Assembly (NCBI GenBank): GCA_047602425.1
Contig: JASGHG010000001.1
Location: forward strand, 2,592,001-2,656,000
From: Nibricoccus sp.
GTDB taxonomy: Bacteria > Verrucomicrobiota > Verrucomicrobiia > Opitutales > Opitutaceae
Direction of reading: 5' to 3'
Length of the DNA: 64,000 nucleotides
Position numbers and translations under genes: made by a program. Under the pieces are notes generated by a model. The model had not been told where the DNA came from and did not search any database. It worked only from the letters and a program-made list of their open reading frames with translations. This document shows positions 8,398 to 17,552 of this stretch, one piece after another (the stretch's first letter is position 1; each line of letters opens with the position of its first letter).

Positions 8398-9267
8398 ATG
8401 TCACTCATCGGAACACTCACTTCAGGCGTCAGCGCGATGCGCGCCTTCACCAAGGGACTCGAAGTCATCGGCAACAACATCGCCAACGTCAACACGGTCG
8501 CCTACAAAGGTTCCACCGTCAGTTTTGCCGACAGCTTCAGTAACACCTTGCGCTCCTCGGCTCCTTCGTCCGCCACCTCTTCCAATCAATCCGCCACCCA
8601 AGTCGGCACGGGCGTGCGCCTTTCTGAGATCAGCACCAAATTCACGCAGGGCGCGCTGACCACCACCGGTCTCAATACCGATCTCGGCGTTTCCGGCAAC
8701 GGCTTTTTCCTCGTGTCGAATCCGGCCGATGGCCAGCTCTTCGCCACTCGTGCCGGCAACTTCCGCATCGACGACAGCGGCTACCTCGTCACTTACCAAG
8801 GCTATCGCGTGCAAGGCGCCACGGGCGGCACCGCGGCCACGCCTCCTTCCGCTTTTGGCAGCATCCGCCTCGGCACTCCGCCGGCCGGCACCGAACTCAC
8901 TTCTTTCAGTATCAGCACCGCCGGCAACCTCACCGAGTTCTACTCCGATGGTACGTCCATCACCACGAATCAGGTGCTCCTCCAGAATTACTCCGATCTC
9001 AGCGCTCTCGTGAAACAAGGTGACAATCTTTACACCGGCTTCAGCGCCGCCGGTATCATCGGGCCTGCCACACCAACTCCTGCCGGCAACGCTCCCGCGG
9101 GCAGCGGCCTCGGCTCCATTCAGGCCGGCACGCTCGAACTCGCCAACGTCGATCTCACCGATCAGTTCGCGAACATGATCACCACCCAGCGTAGCTTCCA
9201 GGCCAGCTCCCGTTTGATCACCGTCTCCGACTCCGTGCTCGAGGACATCGTCAACTTGAAGCGCTAA
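8398..9267 (+). CDS. flgE: Flagellar hook protein FlgE (short, 289 aa)
   Basis: VIGNNIANVNT.AYK, GNGFF, TRAGNF, LELANVDL...MITTQRSFQASSR; follows flgD. Confidence 0.88.
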   Translation: MSLIGTLTSGVSAMRAFTKGLEVIGNNIANVNTVAYKGSTVSFADSFSNTLRSSAPSSATSSNQSATQVGTGVRLSEISTKFTQGALTTTGLNTDLGVSGNGFFLVSNPADGQLFATRAGNFRIDDSGYLVTYQGYRVQGATGGTAATPPSAFGSIRLGTPPAGTELTSFSISTAGNLTEFYSDGTSITTNQVLLQNYSDLSALVKQGDNLYTGFSAAGIIGPATPTPAGNAPAGSGLGSIQAGTLELANVDLTDQFANMITTQRSFQASSRLITVSDSVLEDIVNLKR

Positions 9268-9298
9268 CCCGCCTCGCGGCTGAACCCCACGCCCTTCC

Positions 9299-9952
9299 AT
9301 GGCTGCAAAACCAAACGAACCCGCCAAAGGCGCCGACGCCGCCCATCCGCCTGCCGCAGCCGCGGCGGCCGACAAGGACAAGGGCGCGGCCCCCGAGGCC
9401 GCCGCCAAGCCCGCTGGCGGTGGTGGCTTTGCTGCATTTATTCCGCTCATTGCCGCGATCGTCATCGCTCCAGTTCTTTCCTGGGCCGTCGGCCAGTTTG
9501 TGCTCATGCCCAAGCTCAAGAAAGAGCTCGCCGTTCCGGTCGATCCGCACGCAATCGCTCCGGCCGAACATGTGGCTGAAGAAGCTTCTGCTGGCGAAGG
9601 CGGCAAAGAGGAAAAAGGCGGACACGGCAAAAAGGGCGAGGCTGGCGCTAACGGCGCTACCTACGAATTTGAAAATGTGGTCGTGAATCTCGCCGGCACC
9701 ATGGGTACGCGTTACCTCAAGACCGCGTTCCTTGTCACCGGGACGGAAAAATCCCTTCGCGCCACCTTCGAGAACAACAAGCCGAAGATGGTCGATGTTA
9801 CCATCAACGTTCTCTCTTCGCTCTCGCTCGCCGATCTCGAGGAGGCCGGCGCCAAGAACCTTATTCGGGAAAAACTGATCGGCGCCTATAATCAGGCCCT
9901 CGGCAAGAAACTCGTCGAGCAGGTCTATTTTTCCGACTTCGTCGTGCAGTGA
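9299..9952 (+). CDS. fliL: Flagellar basal body protein FliL
   Basis: Single TM, VVNLA, C-terminal VYFSDFVVQ. Confidence 0.93.
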   Translation: MAAKPNEPAKGADAAHPPAAAAAADKDKGAAPEAAAKPAGGGGFAAFIPLIAAIVIAPVLSWAVGQFVLMPKLKKELAVPVDPHAIAPAEHVAEEASAGEGGKEEKGGHGKKGEAGANGATYEFENVVVNLAGTMGTRYLKTAFLVTGTEKSLRATFENNKPKMVDVTINVLSSLSLADLEEAGAKNLIREKLIGAYNQALGKKLVEQVYFSDFVVQ

Positions 9953-9973
9953 CCTGAACCATCTAAAACCGCC

Positions 9974-11020
9974 ATGGCAGACGACCAAAATCTGAGCGAT
10001 GTTCTCGACCAAAGCGAGATCGACAAACTGCTCTCCGAGGCCACAGCGCCGGCGAAGCAGCAGATCTTTCGCGCGGACGGAAAACGGGTTGAAGGCGGCG
10101 ACATGCCGAAAATCGAGACCTACGATTTTCGCAATCCCGTCTTTCTCACCGAGGTCGAGCTGCGTCGCCTTCGTCTGCTGCACGAGGATTTCATTCGTTA
10201 TCTCACCGCCCGGCTCTCGCTCTTTCTCCGCATGGAGTTTGCCCTCAAGATGGCGAAACTCACCACGCTGACCTACGCGAAGTTCGCCGACAGCCTGCCC
10301 AATCCGACGCACCTTTGTCTTTTCAAAGCCGAACCTCTCCTGGGTGTCGGCATTCTCGACGTCAACCCGCGCCTCGCGCTGACCCTGGTTGATCGCATGC
10401 TCGGCGGCCGCGGACATTCGGTGAAGCTCGAACGTTATCTCACCGAGATCGAAATGGCCCTTCTGGAGGACATCATCATGATCATCCTCGAGGAGTGGTG
10501 CCACCAGTGGAAACACGAGAAGGAACTTCATCCCCAAGTGATCGGCCATGAGAACAACGGCCGTTTCCTCCAGACTTCGCCGAAGGATGCCATTGTACTC
10601 GGCCTGACGCTGGAGGTGAATTTCGGCGATTGCTCCGAGCAAATCCAGATCGGCGTGCCATACTACACGATAGAACCAATGGTCCGCGCCATGCAGGCCC
10701 GCCGGCAGAAGGATGCCACGCCCGGCGGCGTCAGCCTCAAGGCCGAATGGAAACCCATTTACGAGCACATCACCATCCCGGCCCGCGCCGAATGGGATGC
10801 TTTTGAACTTTCGCTTCGCGAAATCAGCAACCTGCGTGTCGGCGACGTTATCGAGATGCCCGCCAACATCCTCGAGGAAACCCGCGTCACCCTGAACGGC
10901 TCGCCGAAGTTTGTCGGCACCGTCGGCCTCGACGGCGACAAGGTTGCCGTGAACCTCACGAAGAAAATCGCTGCCGAACCATCGTTTATCCCTCGTCCCA
11001 CTCCCGCCAATGGAAGATAA
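9974..11020 (+). CDS. fliM: Flagellar motor switch protein FliM
   Basis: VLDQSEIDKLL CheY-binding peptide, YDFRNP, LTEIE, C-terminal SpoA domain. Confidence 0.96.
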   Translation: MADDQNLSDVLDQSEIDKLLSEATAPAKQQIFRADGKRVEGGDMPKIETYDFRNPVFLTEVELRRLRLLHEDFIRYLTARLSLFLRMEFALKMAKLTTLTYAKFADSLPNPTHLCLFKAEPLLGVGILDVNPRLALTLVDRMLGGRGHSVKLERYLTEIEMALLEDIIMIILEEWCHQWKHEKELHPQVIGHENNGRFLQTSPKDAIVLGLTLEVNFGDCSEQIQIGVPYYTIEPMVRAMQARRQKDATPGGVSLKAEWKPIYEHITIPARAEWDAFELSLREISNLRVGDVIEMPANILEETRVTLNGSPKFVGTVGLDGDKVAVNLTKKIAAEPSFIPRPTPANGR

Positions 11021-11264
11021 AACCCTAGATCTTGTCCTCGACGTTAAAGTCAAGGTAACCGTCCAACTCGGCTCCTGCCAGCTTCCCATGCGCGAAGTGC
11101 TTGAGCTTGCCCCGGGCGCCGTGATTCAGCTCAACCAGCATGCGAGCGATCCCGTGGGTCTTTATGTCAACGACAAGCTTATCGCCTACGGTGAGGTTGT
11201 GGTCGTTGACGACAGTTTCGGCATTAAAATCACAGAACTTGTCGGCTCCAAGCCGGCCTCCTGA
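11010..11264 (+). CDS. fliN: Flagellar motor switch protein FliN
   Basis: LVLDVKVKVTVQLG...IAYGEVVVVDDSFGIKITE. Confidence 0.96.
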   Translation: MEDKTLDLVLDVKVKVTVQLGSCQLPMREVLELAPGAVIQLNQHASDPVGLYVNDKLIAYGEVVVVDDSFGIKITELVGSKPAS

Positions 11265-11335
11265 AGACCGCTTCATGCAGGCTTAAACCTCAACTTTGTT
11301 CTTCAACCGGCCCGGTCGCAGGCCCGCATCGCTTC

Positions 11336-11818
11336 ATGACTTTCCCCAAAGCCTTTACCAGCGTCACCCGCTGGCTGCTAGTGGTAATCGGCTGCGCCGT
11401 TTTGGCGACGGCGCAGCCGATGAGTAGCAGCCCCGCTCCCGCTGCGCCTGAGGCCGCCGAACCCGCGAAACGCCCCGGCGATACCGTCATTTATCCGAAG
11501 AACTCGGCCGAACCGAATAAAACCGCTACAAATCCCGAGCGCGACACCGGTCGCTCACTTATTGTGGTTGTGGCGCTTCTCCTCGCCGCAGGCGGCGGCT
11601 GGCTCATCCTTCAACGCCGCAAGGCCGGACCCGCCGGCGGCCGTGGACGGAAACTCCAAATCGACGAAACCAAACCCTTGGGCAACCGGCAGTACCTCGT
11701 GGTCGCCGACTACGACGGCAAAAAATTCCTTCTCGGCGTCACCCCCGGCCAGATTCAAATGCTCACGCCGCTGGATCAAAACCGTACGGCTAACAGCCAA
11801 TCGGAGGCCAAGCCATGA
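11336..11818 (+). CDS. fliO: Flagellar biogenesis protein FliO
   Basis: TM followed by LQIDETKPLGNRQYLVVADYDGKKFLLGVTPGQIQML. Confidence 0.9.
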   Translation: MTFPKAFTSVTRWLLVVIGCAVLATAQPMSSSPAPAAPEAAEPAKRPGDTVIYPKNSAEPNKTATNPERDTGRSLIVVVALLLAAGGGWLILQRRKAGPAGGRGRKLQIDETKPLGNRQYLVVADYDGKKFLLGVTPGQIQMLTPLDQNRTANSQSEAKP

Positions 11819-12717
11819 ACGCCTTAGCGGTAGAGCGCGTTGGTTCTGTCTGGGGTGGAGCGCGTTGTCGCCAACGCGCTTGGTTTGCTCTCGGAAAGCG
11901 TCTTGAGGTCAAGCCGCTCCACCTGCTGTTCCTGGTGGTTTCGCTTCTTTTCTTCTTCGTTCCAGCCGCCTCCGCCCAGACCGCGCCAGCTCCCGCTCCG
12001 GCACCGGCGTCTCCCGCCGCCACCACAACCACGGCGCAGAACCAACCGATGCGTCTGAACATCGGCCTCGAAGGCACCAGCAAGCCGGGCGATGTCAGCG
12101 TCGCGATCCAGATCGTGATCGTGATGACCCTGCTCACGCTCGCGCCGTCGATGGTGATTTTGATGTCGAGCTTCACGCGCATCGTGATCGTGCTCGGCTT
12201 TGTGCGCACGGCGCTGGGTGTGCCCAGCGCTCCCTCCAACCAGATCATTGTCGGTCTTTCGCTTTTCCTCACGTTTTTCATCATGGGCCCTGTCTTCGAC
12301 AAGGTGAACACCGAGTCGCTCCAGCCCTATCTCAACGGCCAGATGACCTCCGCCCAAGCCTTCGACAAAGCGTCGGTGCCGATTCGCGATTTCATGCTGC
12401 ACCAAACCCGCACGCGTGACCTTGAATTTTTTCTCGAACTCGGCCGCTTCGGCCCGACGCCCGTCGCCGAACTTCCCATGCGTGTGGTGATTCCCGCGTT
12501 TGTCATCAGCGAACTGCAAACCGCCTTCCAAATGGGTTTCCTGCTTTTCCTGCCCTTTCTCGTTATCGATTTCCTGGTCTCGTCCGTGCTGATGTCCCTC
12601 GGTATGATGATGATGCCGCCAACCGTCGTCGCCTTGCCTTTTAAACTGTTGCTCTTCGTCCTCGTCGACGGTTGGCATCTCGTCGTGAAAAGCCTCGTGG
12701 AGAGCTTCAGGCTGTGA
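11815..12717 (+). CDS. fliP: Flagellar export gate protein FliP
   Basis: SSFTRIVIVL, PAFVISELQTAFQMGF, GMMMMPP...LPFKLLLFVLVDGW. Confidence 0.97.
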   Translation: MNALAVERVGSVWGGARCRQRAWFALGKRLEVKPLHLLFLVVSLLFFFVPAASAQTAPAPAPAPASPAATTTTAQNQPMRLNIGLEGTSKPGDVSVAIQIVIVMTLLTLAPSMVILMSSFTRIVIVLGFVRTALGVPSAPSNQIIVGLSLFLTFFIMGPVFDKVNTESLQPYLNGQMTSAQAFDKASVPIRDFMLHQTRTRDLEFFLELGRFGPTPVAELPMRVVIPAFVISELQTAFQMGFLLFLPFLVIDFLVSSVLMSLGMMMMPPTVVALPFKLLLFVLVDGWHLVVKSLVESFRL

Positions 12718-12736
12718 CCGTAAAAAGGATCACAGA

Positions 12737-12797
12737 TCATGGGTGATAGGTCATTGGCCTTGAAAACAACCCATCACCCAGAACCAATAACCCATCG
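12737..12797. repeat. Heptamer palindromic element, family 2
   Basis: TCATGGG TGATAGG TCATTGG ... ACCCATC ACCCAGA ACCAATA ACCCATC. Confidence 0.7.
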
Positions 12798-12809
12798 CCG
12801 TCTCCTCCC

Positions 12810-13079
12810 ATGACACCCGAAATGGCCATCGATATTTTCAAGAACGTGGTCACGTTCTCGCTCTACATCGTCGCCCCGTTTTTGGGTGTGATGCTAATAG
12901 TAGGTCTTGTCACCAGCTTGCTGCAATCGGTAACCAGTATTCAGGAACAAACGCTGACCTTCGCGCCGAAGCTGATCGCGCTCGCCCTGCTTTGTTTCGC
13001 CCTGGGACCCTGGCTCGTGCGGTCGCTGACCGACTTTGCCGTGCGCGTCATCAGCCAGATGGGCACGTTGGGACACTGA
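12810..13079 (+). CDS. fliQ: Flagellar export gate protein FliQ
   Basis: GLVTSLLQSVTSIQEQTLTFAPKL. Confidence 0.97.
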   Translation: MTPEMAIDIFKNVVTFSLYIVAPFLGVMLIVGLVTSLLQSVTSIQEQTLTFAPKLIALALLCFALGPWLVRSLTDFAVRVISQMGTLGH

Positions 13080-13082
13080 ATT

Positions 13083-13153
13083 TGGGTCATGGGTCATAGG
13101 CGATAGGTCATAGACCCCGCATGCCTCTTCTCACCGCCATAACCCATCACCCA
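13083..13153. repeat. Heptamer palindromic element, family 2
   Basis: GGGTCAT GGGTCAT AGGCGAT AGGTCAT ... CCATAAC CCATCAC CCA. Confidence 0.7.
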
Positions 13154-13166
13154 CCGCCTTCTTCCC

Positions 13167-13920
13167 ATGCCTGTTGAGCAACTCTTCACCTGGATGATGG
13201 TTTTCCTGCGGGGGCTGGGTGTGATTTTGTTGCTCCCGACACTCGGCAGCCGTCCGTTGCCCCCGGTTTTGCGCGCGGCGATTTCGGCCTTGGTGGCGAC
13301 TTTGCTCTACGGATTGGTTCCGCACGCAGCGAGTCTGCCGTCGGGTAATGCCGGTCTGATCACGGCCGCATTGGGTGAGGTGATGCTCGGGCTGGTTTTT
13401 GGTTTCATGGGGAGGCTGATTTTTTCCGCGGTCGACATGGCGGGCCGCATGATCACGCAGGAAATCGGCCTTTCGGCGGCGCCCGGCATCGATGCGCCGA
13501 CACCGGCGACCGAACCGCTGGCGGCGTTTCTCTCCACTTTTGCCGGAGTGCTGTTTTTCCTCTTGGGCGGCCATCTTGGCGCCTTGAGCGGTTTTGCGCG
13601 AAGCTTCGATATCGCGGCGGCGGGTGCGCCGGCGTTCAACGTGCTTTCCATCGAGCATCTGGTTCGGGGCACGGCACGCGTGATCGAGCTGGGCTTTCGC
13701 ATGTCGGCGCCATTTATCGCGATGAATTTCCTGATCACGATGGCTTTTTCCGTCTTGGGCCGCGCGGTGCCGAAGATGAGCGTATTTATCCTGAGCTATC
13801 CGTTGCGTGTGCTGGTAGGCATGATCCTGCTGGCCGGCGCCGGCGATTCTGCTCGCACGCTACCTCTCCCCCGAATTCGAGGCCTTGCCCTACAAAATGC
13901 TCGATATGGTCGGCCACTGA
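13167..13920 (+). CDS. fliR: Flagellar export gate protein FliR, with an apparent +1 frameshift near 13845
   Basis: Hydrophobic FliR with GEVMLG, AG..I.QEIGL, LGRAVPKMSVF; the +1 frame gives ILLARYLSPEFEALPYKMLDMVGH* ending at 13920 just before the hairpin, whereas the unshifted frame runs through it to 13958. Confidence 0.9.
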
Positions 13921-13925
13921 ACCGC

Positions 13926-13956
13926 AAAAAAGAGCCTCCGGAAACCGGAGGCTCTT
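13926..13956 (-). terminator. Intrinsic terminator between convergent fliR and TonB receptor (U-tract on minus strand)
   Basis: AAGAGCCTCCGG-AAA-CCGGAGGCTCTT with an A-run on its left. Confidence 0.85.
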
Positions 13957-13978
13957 GAAGATAGCGGATTCTTGGAGG

Positions 13979-16900
13979 TTAGAACTTGCCACTAATGCCT
14001 GCCGTCCAGAGGGCGCCGAATTTAGCCCGGCGAGTGATAACATTTGAGCTGATCGAATAGGTCGTCAAAGGTTCATTGAAGATATTGCGACCGTTCGCGA
14101 ACAGCGTCAGTTTTTTAGTCAGGGCATAGCCCACGCTGATATCTATCATGGTGCGCTGACGTGAGAAGTTAACTATTCCAGCATTCGCTGCACCATTGTT
14201 GATGATGAGGCCTTTATCATCAAGGAGGGCAGAGTCTCTATGATACCCTGTGCGGTTGACTGCAAAACGAGCGCTGAATTTCTTGTATGCGTAGTTCAGA
14301 CCTCCGTTGCTTATATCTTTTGCAGAACCCAGATAATTATCCCAGCTGTCGTAGATCAGATGTGTATGGTTAGCGAACAGGCTCAAACCCGACAGCGCGC
14401 CGGGAAGGAATGAGAGCGATTGGTTGTAATTTAGTTCAAAACCCGAGTTATGGGCTTTGGCGACGTTGTCCCAGACGTTAAAAAGAGAACCCGGGGGCGC
14501 TCCTGTTTGGTAATTCGTGTTACCTACAAGTAGAAACCCATTTGGATCAACATAGTGAGGCTTGCGTCTCTGCAGGTCCTTGATGTCTGTGCGGAAGACA
14601 CTGAAGGCGACGCTGCTATTTTGATTTTTACCGAAGTAGTATTCGATGTCCCAGTTAACGCTTCGAGCATACTCTGGACGAAGGTCTGGATTATTGACGT
14701 TGCCAGTTGCAGTGGGCGGAACGGCAGTTTCGTTTGATATCGTATAGCCCGGGAACATATTAGCAAAATCGGGTCGGGTGATCGAATCGTGGTAGGAGGC
14801 ACGGGTAAGCAGATTGGGCGTTATCTGGTAATTTAGGTGTAGGTATTTGAACAGGTCGCTGTAAGTGGTACCTGCCGCGCTGCGATTGCCGCCGTAACGG
14901 GCCAGAACATAGGGGTAGAATGCAGGAGTTGTTGCACCTGGTGCAGCTGTGGTCGGAGCATTGCCGAGATTGATCTGAGCCTGTCGATTGCCGATGTCCA
15001 ACGGACCTTTGCCGCGGGTGCGTGTCGCTTCAAAGCGAACGCCCGGGGCGACCGAGAATCTCCCGATCTTCCAGATGGTTTGGAGATACGCCGCGTTGAC
15101 CTGCTCGCTCACGTTTGTCGTGTTTTGGAGCAAGGTTTGCATCAACTGCACGTCATTGCGCCCTGTGAACCAATCAGGATGGTCACGCATGGTTTGAGCG
15201 AGGCCCCAACGGTCCAAGTTTGTTAGACCATTTGCATTGGTTCCCATGTCGAAATTCATCCGGTAGTAAGGCTCACCGAAGGGCGCAGCATTGTCGTCGG
15301 CAGTATTGGCGACATGGTCTGGTCCAACAAAAGTGTAGGACTCGTTGTTCTTCCGGAGATAGACATTGTGAGCCAACTCGTTCACGGAGAAACCCCACTT
15401 CACTGTGACTGGGTACTTTAAGACGAAGGGATAACGGAAATTCAATTGGGCACTGTATCTCTCATCATCAGACGCCCTGTCGTTCGAAAGCACAGTGTTA
15501 ACCCGATAGTTACTGAGATTTTGCCAGTTGTTACCTGCTAGTTGGGTGAATTGCACACCTGTATCATCGGGCCCAGCGCGATTGAACCGGAATTGGCTGC
15601 CAGTCAAATTAGTAGTTCCTGCAGCCCAGAGGAAACCGTCGGGGAGATCTGAATACCAGTTTGTCGCTCGCGAGAATTGGGCTTGGGCATCTATTTTCAG
15701 AGCACCTACAGTGTATTCACCATATGTCGTCCAAGTGAATGTCGCGCCGTGTTTGTTGGTCGCCCCGCCGCCTTGATTGAAGCTTGTATTGACGTAGGTT
15801 CCAGTTCCTTGGGTGGCCACGGTCTGCGAGGTTTGCGAATTCCATGAGTACTCGACCGATGGATCGACCGCACCTGTCGGGGAATTGATAGTTCCTTGGC
15901 CAGCTCCTGTGCCTGCCATATTTATGCTGATATCGCGGCTATAAAAGCGGGCCTCGTATGTATTGTAATCAACGCGGGTGTAGATCCAAGCATTTGGACT
16001 GAATTTGTAGTCGATACGGGCATTGTAGTTGATGCGTGTACTGACTTTCGGCGAATCACGGAAGCCGAAGCTTGTGACGATCGGAACCTCAGTGTCATTG
16101 TTAAAAGCATTCGAGTCCCATCGGTAACCGACTGTTTCCGCTTTTTGTTCAGCAAAAGTTTTGGAATAAGTTACGCCAGCTTGAATACCCAGTTTTCCTG
16201 CGATCAAGACGTCCGCATAGGAAAGGCTGAAGTTGGGCATGACTTTACGGTTGCGGCCGTTGTCTGGTCCGGGGGAATTCTGGAACCAGTCATAGCTATT
16301 GAGGGCCATGCTGGCCCCAAAATTGATGCGGCGGCCTTTGCTGTCGAAGGCGCCTTTGCTACGCAGATTGACCACGCCAGCTACTGCGCTGGCCTGCTGA
16401 TCAGGGGTGGGGGTTTTGGAGAGCTCCACGGTTTCGATACTGGCGATAGAGAGCTGTTCGAATTCAAACGCGCGGCCCGTACCTACGTTTGAAGAACCTG
16501 CGCTTGCAACGGGAGCACCATCCATAAGGACAACTGTGTATTTCGGGTTCATACCGCGAATGCGGATCTGGCGTGCGTCCGCTTCGGTGTAATCGATCGC
16601 GACGCCTGACATGCGTTTCAAAAACTCACCGGCGTTACCTTCAGAGACATCGCCAAAGGCGTCGGCTGCGATGACTTGCTTCATATTGACCGCATTGCGT
16701 TGTTCCTGGAGAGCCTTGGCATTACCTTCCCTTTCGCCAGACACCACGAACTGATCGAGGAGGATAGCATCTTTATTGTAGTCGGAATTGGTAAGGTTGA
16801 AATCTTTGGTGGTAGTTCCGCCAGCTGTGACTGTGACGGTCTGTTCCAAGGTATCGAGTCCGGCGAACTCGGCCTTGATTTTGACTTCACCTGCCGGGAC

Positions 16901-17149
16901 GTTGAGCAGGCGGAAGTTACCGCCGGCTTCTGCAACGGCGGTGATGTTCGTGCCTTCGACGGAAACGACGGCGTTGCGGAGGTAGTCGCCGGTGCCGGCG
17001 TTCATGACGCGGCCGGTGACAGTTCCAGTGCCGGCGGATTGGGCTTGGACTGCGATGGGGAGCAGGCCGATAACGATGGCGAGCCAGGCAAACAGCGGGC
17101 TCAACCAGCGAAACCGGTGCGATTGCGATAGTGACTTGTTGGAGGTCAT
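13979..17149 (-). CDS. TonB-dependent receptor with N-terminal carboxypeptidase-like regulatory domain
   Basis: Signal peptide from MTSNK; G.VTGRV..; plug (IRIRGM...IETVELSKTPTPD...AGVVNL); NPDLRPE; NIFNE; C-terminal Phe. Confidence 0.93.
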   Translation of the reverse strand: MTSNKSLSQSHRFRWLSPLFAWLAIVIGLLPIAVQAQSAGTGTVTGRVMNAGTGDYLRNAVVSVEGTNITAVAEAGGNFRLLNVPAGEVKIKAEFAGLDTLEQTVTVTAGGTTTKDFNLTNSDYNKDAILLDQFVVSGEREGNAKALQEQRNAVNMKQVIAADAFGDVSEGNAGEFLKRMSGVAIDYTEADARQIRIRGMNPKYTVVLMDGAPVASAGSSNVGTGRAFEFEQLSIASIETVELSKTPTPDQQASAVAGVVNLRSKGAFDSKGRRINFGASMALNSYDWFQNSPGPDNGRNRKVMPNFSLSYADVLIAGKLGIQAGVTYSKTFAEQKAETVGYRWDSNAFNNDTEVPIVTSFGFRDSPKVSTRINYNARIDYKFSPNAWIYTRVDYNTYEARFYSRDISINMAGTGAGQGTINSPTGAVDPSVEYSWNSQTSQTVATQGTGTYVNTSFNQGGGATNKHGATFTWTTYGEYTVGALKIDAQAQFSRATNWYSDLPDGFLWAAGTTNLTGSQFRFNRAGPDDTGVQFTQLAGNNWQNLSNYRVNTVLSNDRASDDERYSAQLNFRYPFVLKYPVTVKWGFSVNELAHNVYLRKNNESYTFVGPDHVANTADDNAAPFGEPYYRMNFDMGTNANGLTNLDRWGLAQTMRDHPDWFTGRNDVQLMQTLLQNTTNVSEQVNAAYLQTIWKIGRFSVAPGVRFEATRTRGKGPLDIGNRQAQINLGNAPTTAAPGATTPAFYPYVLARYGGNRSAAGTTYSDLFKYLHLNYQITPNLLTRASYHDSITRPDFANMFPGYTISNETAVPPTATGNVNNPDLRPEYARSVNWDIEYYFGKNQNSSVAFSVFRTDIKDLQRRKPHYVDPNGFLLVGNTNYQTGAPPGSLFNVWDNVAKAHNSGFELNYNQSLSFLPGALSGLSLFANHTHLIYDSWDNYLGSAKDISNGGLNYAYKKFSARFAVNRTGYHRDSALLDDKGLIINNGAANAGIVNFSRQRTMIDISVGYALTKKLTLFANGRNIFNEPLTTYSISSNVITRRAKFGALWTAGISGKF

Positions 17150-17552
17150 ATGGCTTTCAGGGTTCGTTGTTGGGTTGGTGGAGGGAAAAGGTCGCGGCGG
17201 AGGTCCGCGCGAAATCACGGCTCGGCTGTCAGGCATCTCGCGCCTGATACAACGAGTTTTTGAGGGCAATTTTGTCCTGCAAGGGGTAGTTAGGGAAAGG
17301 CGCACAAAGGTCTTCGTGGGGGAAAGACAGTTGCGGCGAGCTGGTTTGTTGGGGAACGGAGCGTAACCAAGAGGTCTTTGGGGAAGGGTCTTGGCGATGT
17401 TCAAATTACTCTTACAGTAAGAAATGTCAGCGGATGTCTGTCTCCATTTCCGGTTTTCTATCCGAAAATTGAATACGCGGACTGCTCTTCGGGCGGCAGG
17501 TGCAGTTGATTTCGGAAAGTTATTTCCGGGACTACCCTGAAAGACGGCCGGC

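Noticed and set aside
393..13920. Possible injectisome-type T3SS
   Set aside because: fliE/G/M/L, flgD and flgE show it is flagellar
17300..17345. Cobalamin-riboswitch-like fragments (CCGCAACTGT, GAAGACCT) upstream of the TonB receptor
   Set aside because: The 5' GGGAA...GGTG.AA.TCC core is missing; an Rfam scan would settle it
17150..17404. 85-aa N-terminal extension of the TonB receptor ORF, and similar extensions of fliH, fliI, tatD, purT, uxaC, cinA and the DUF1549 gene
   Set aside because: They translate leaders or repeats; signal peptides and family N-termini begin at the downstream starts
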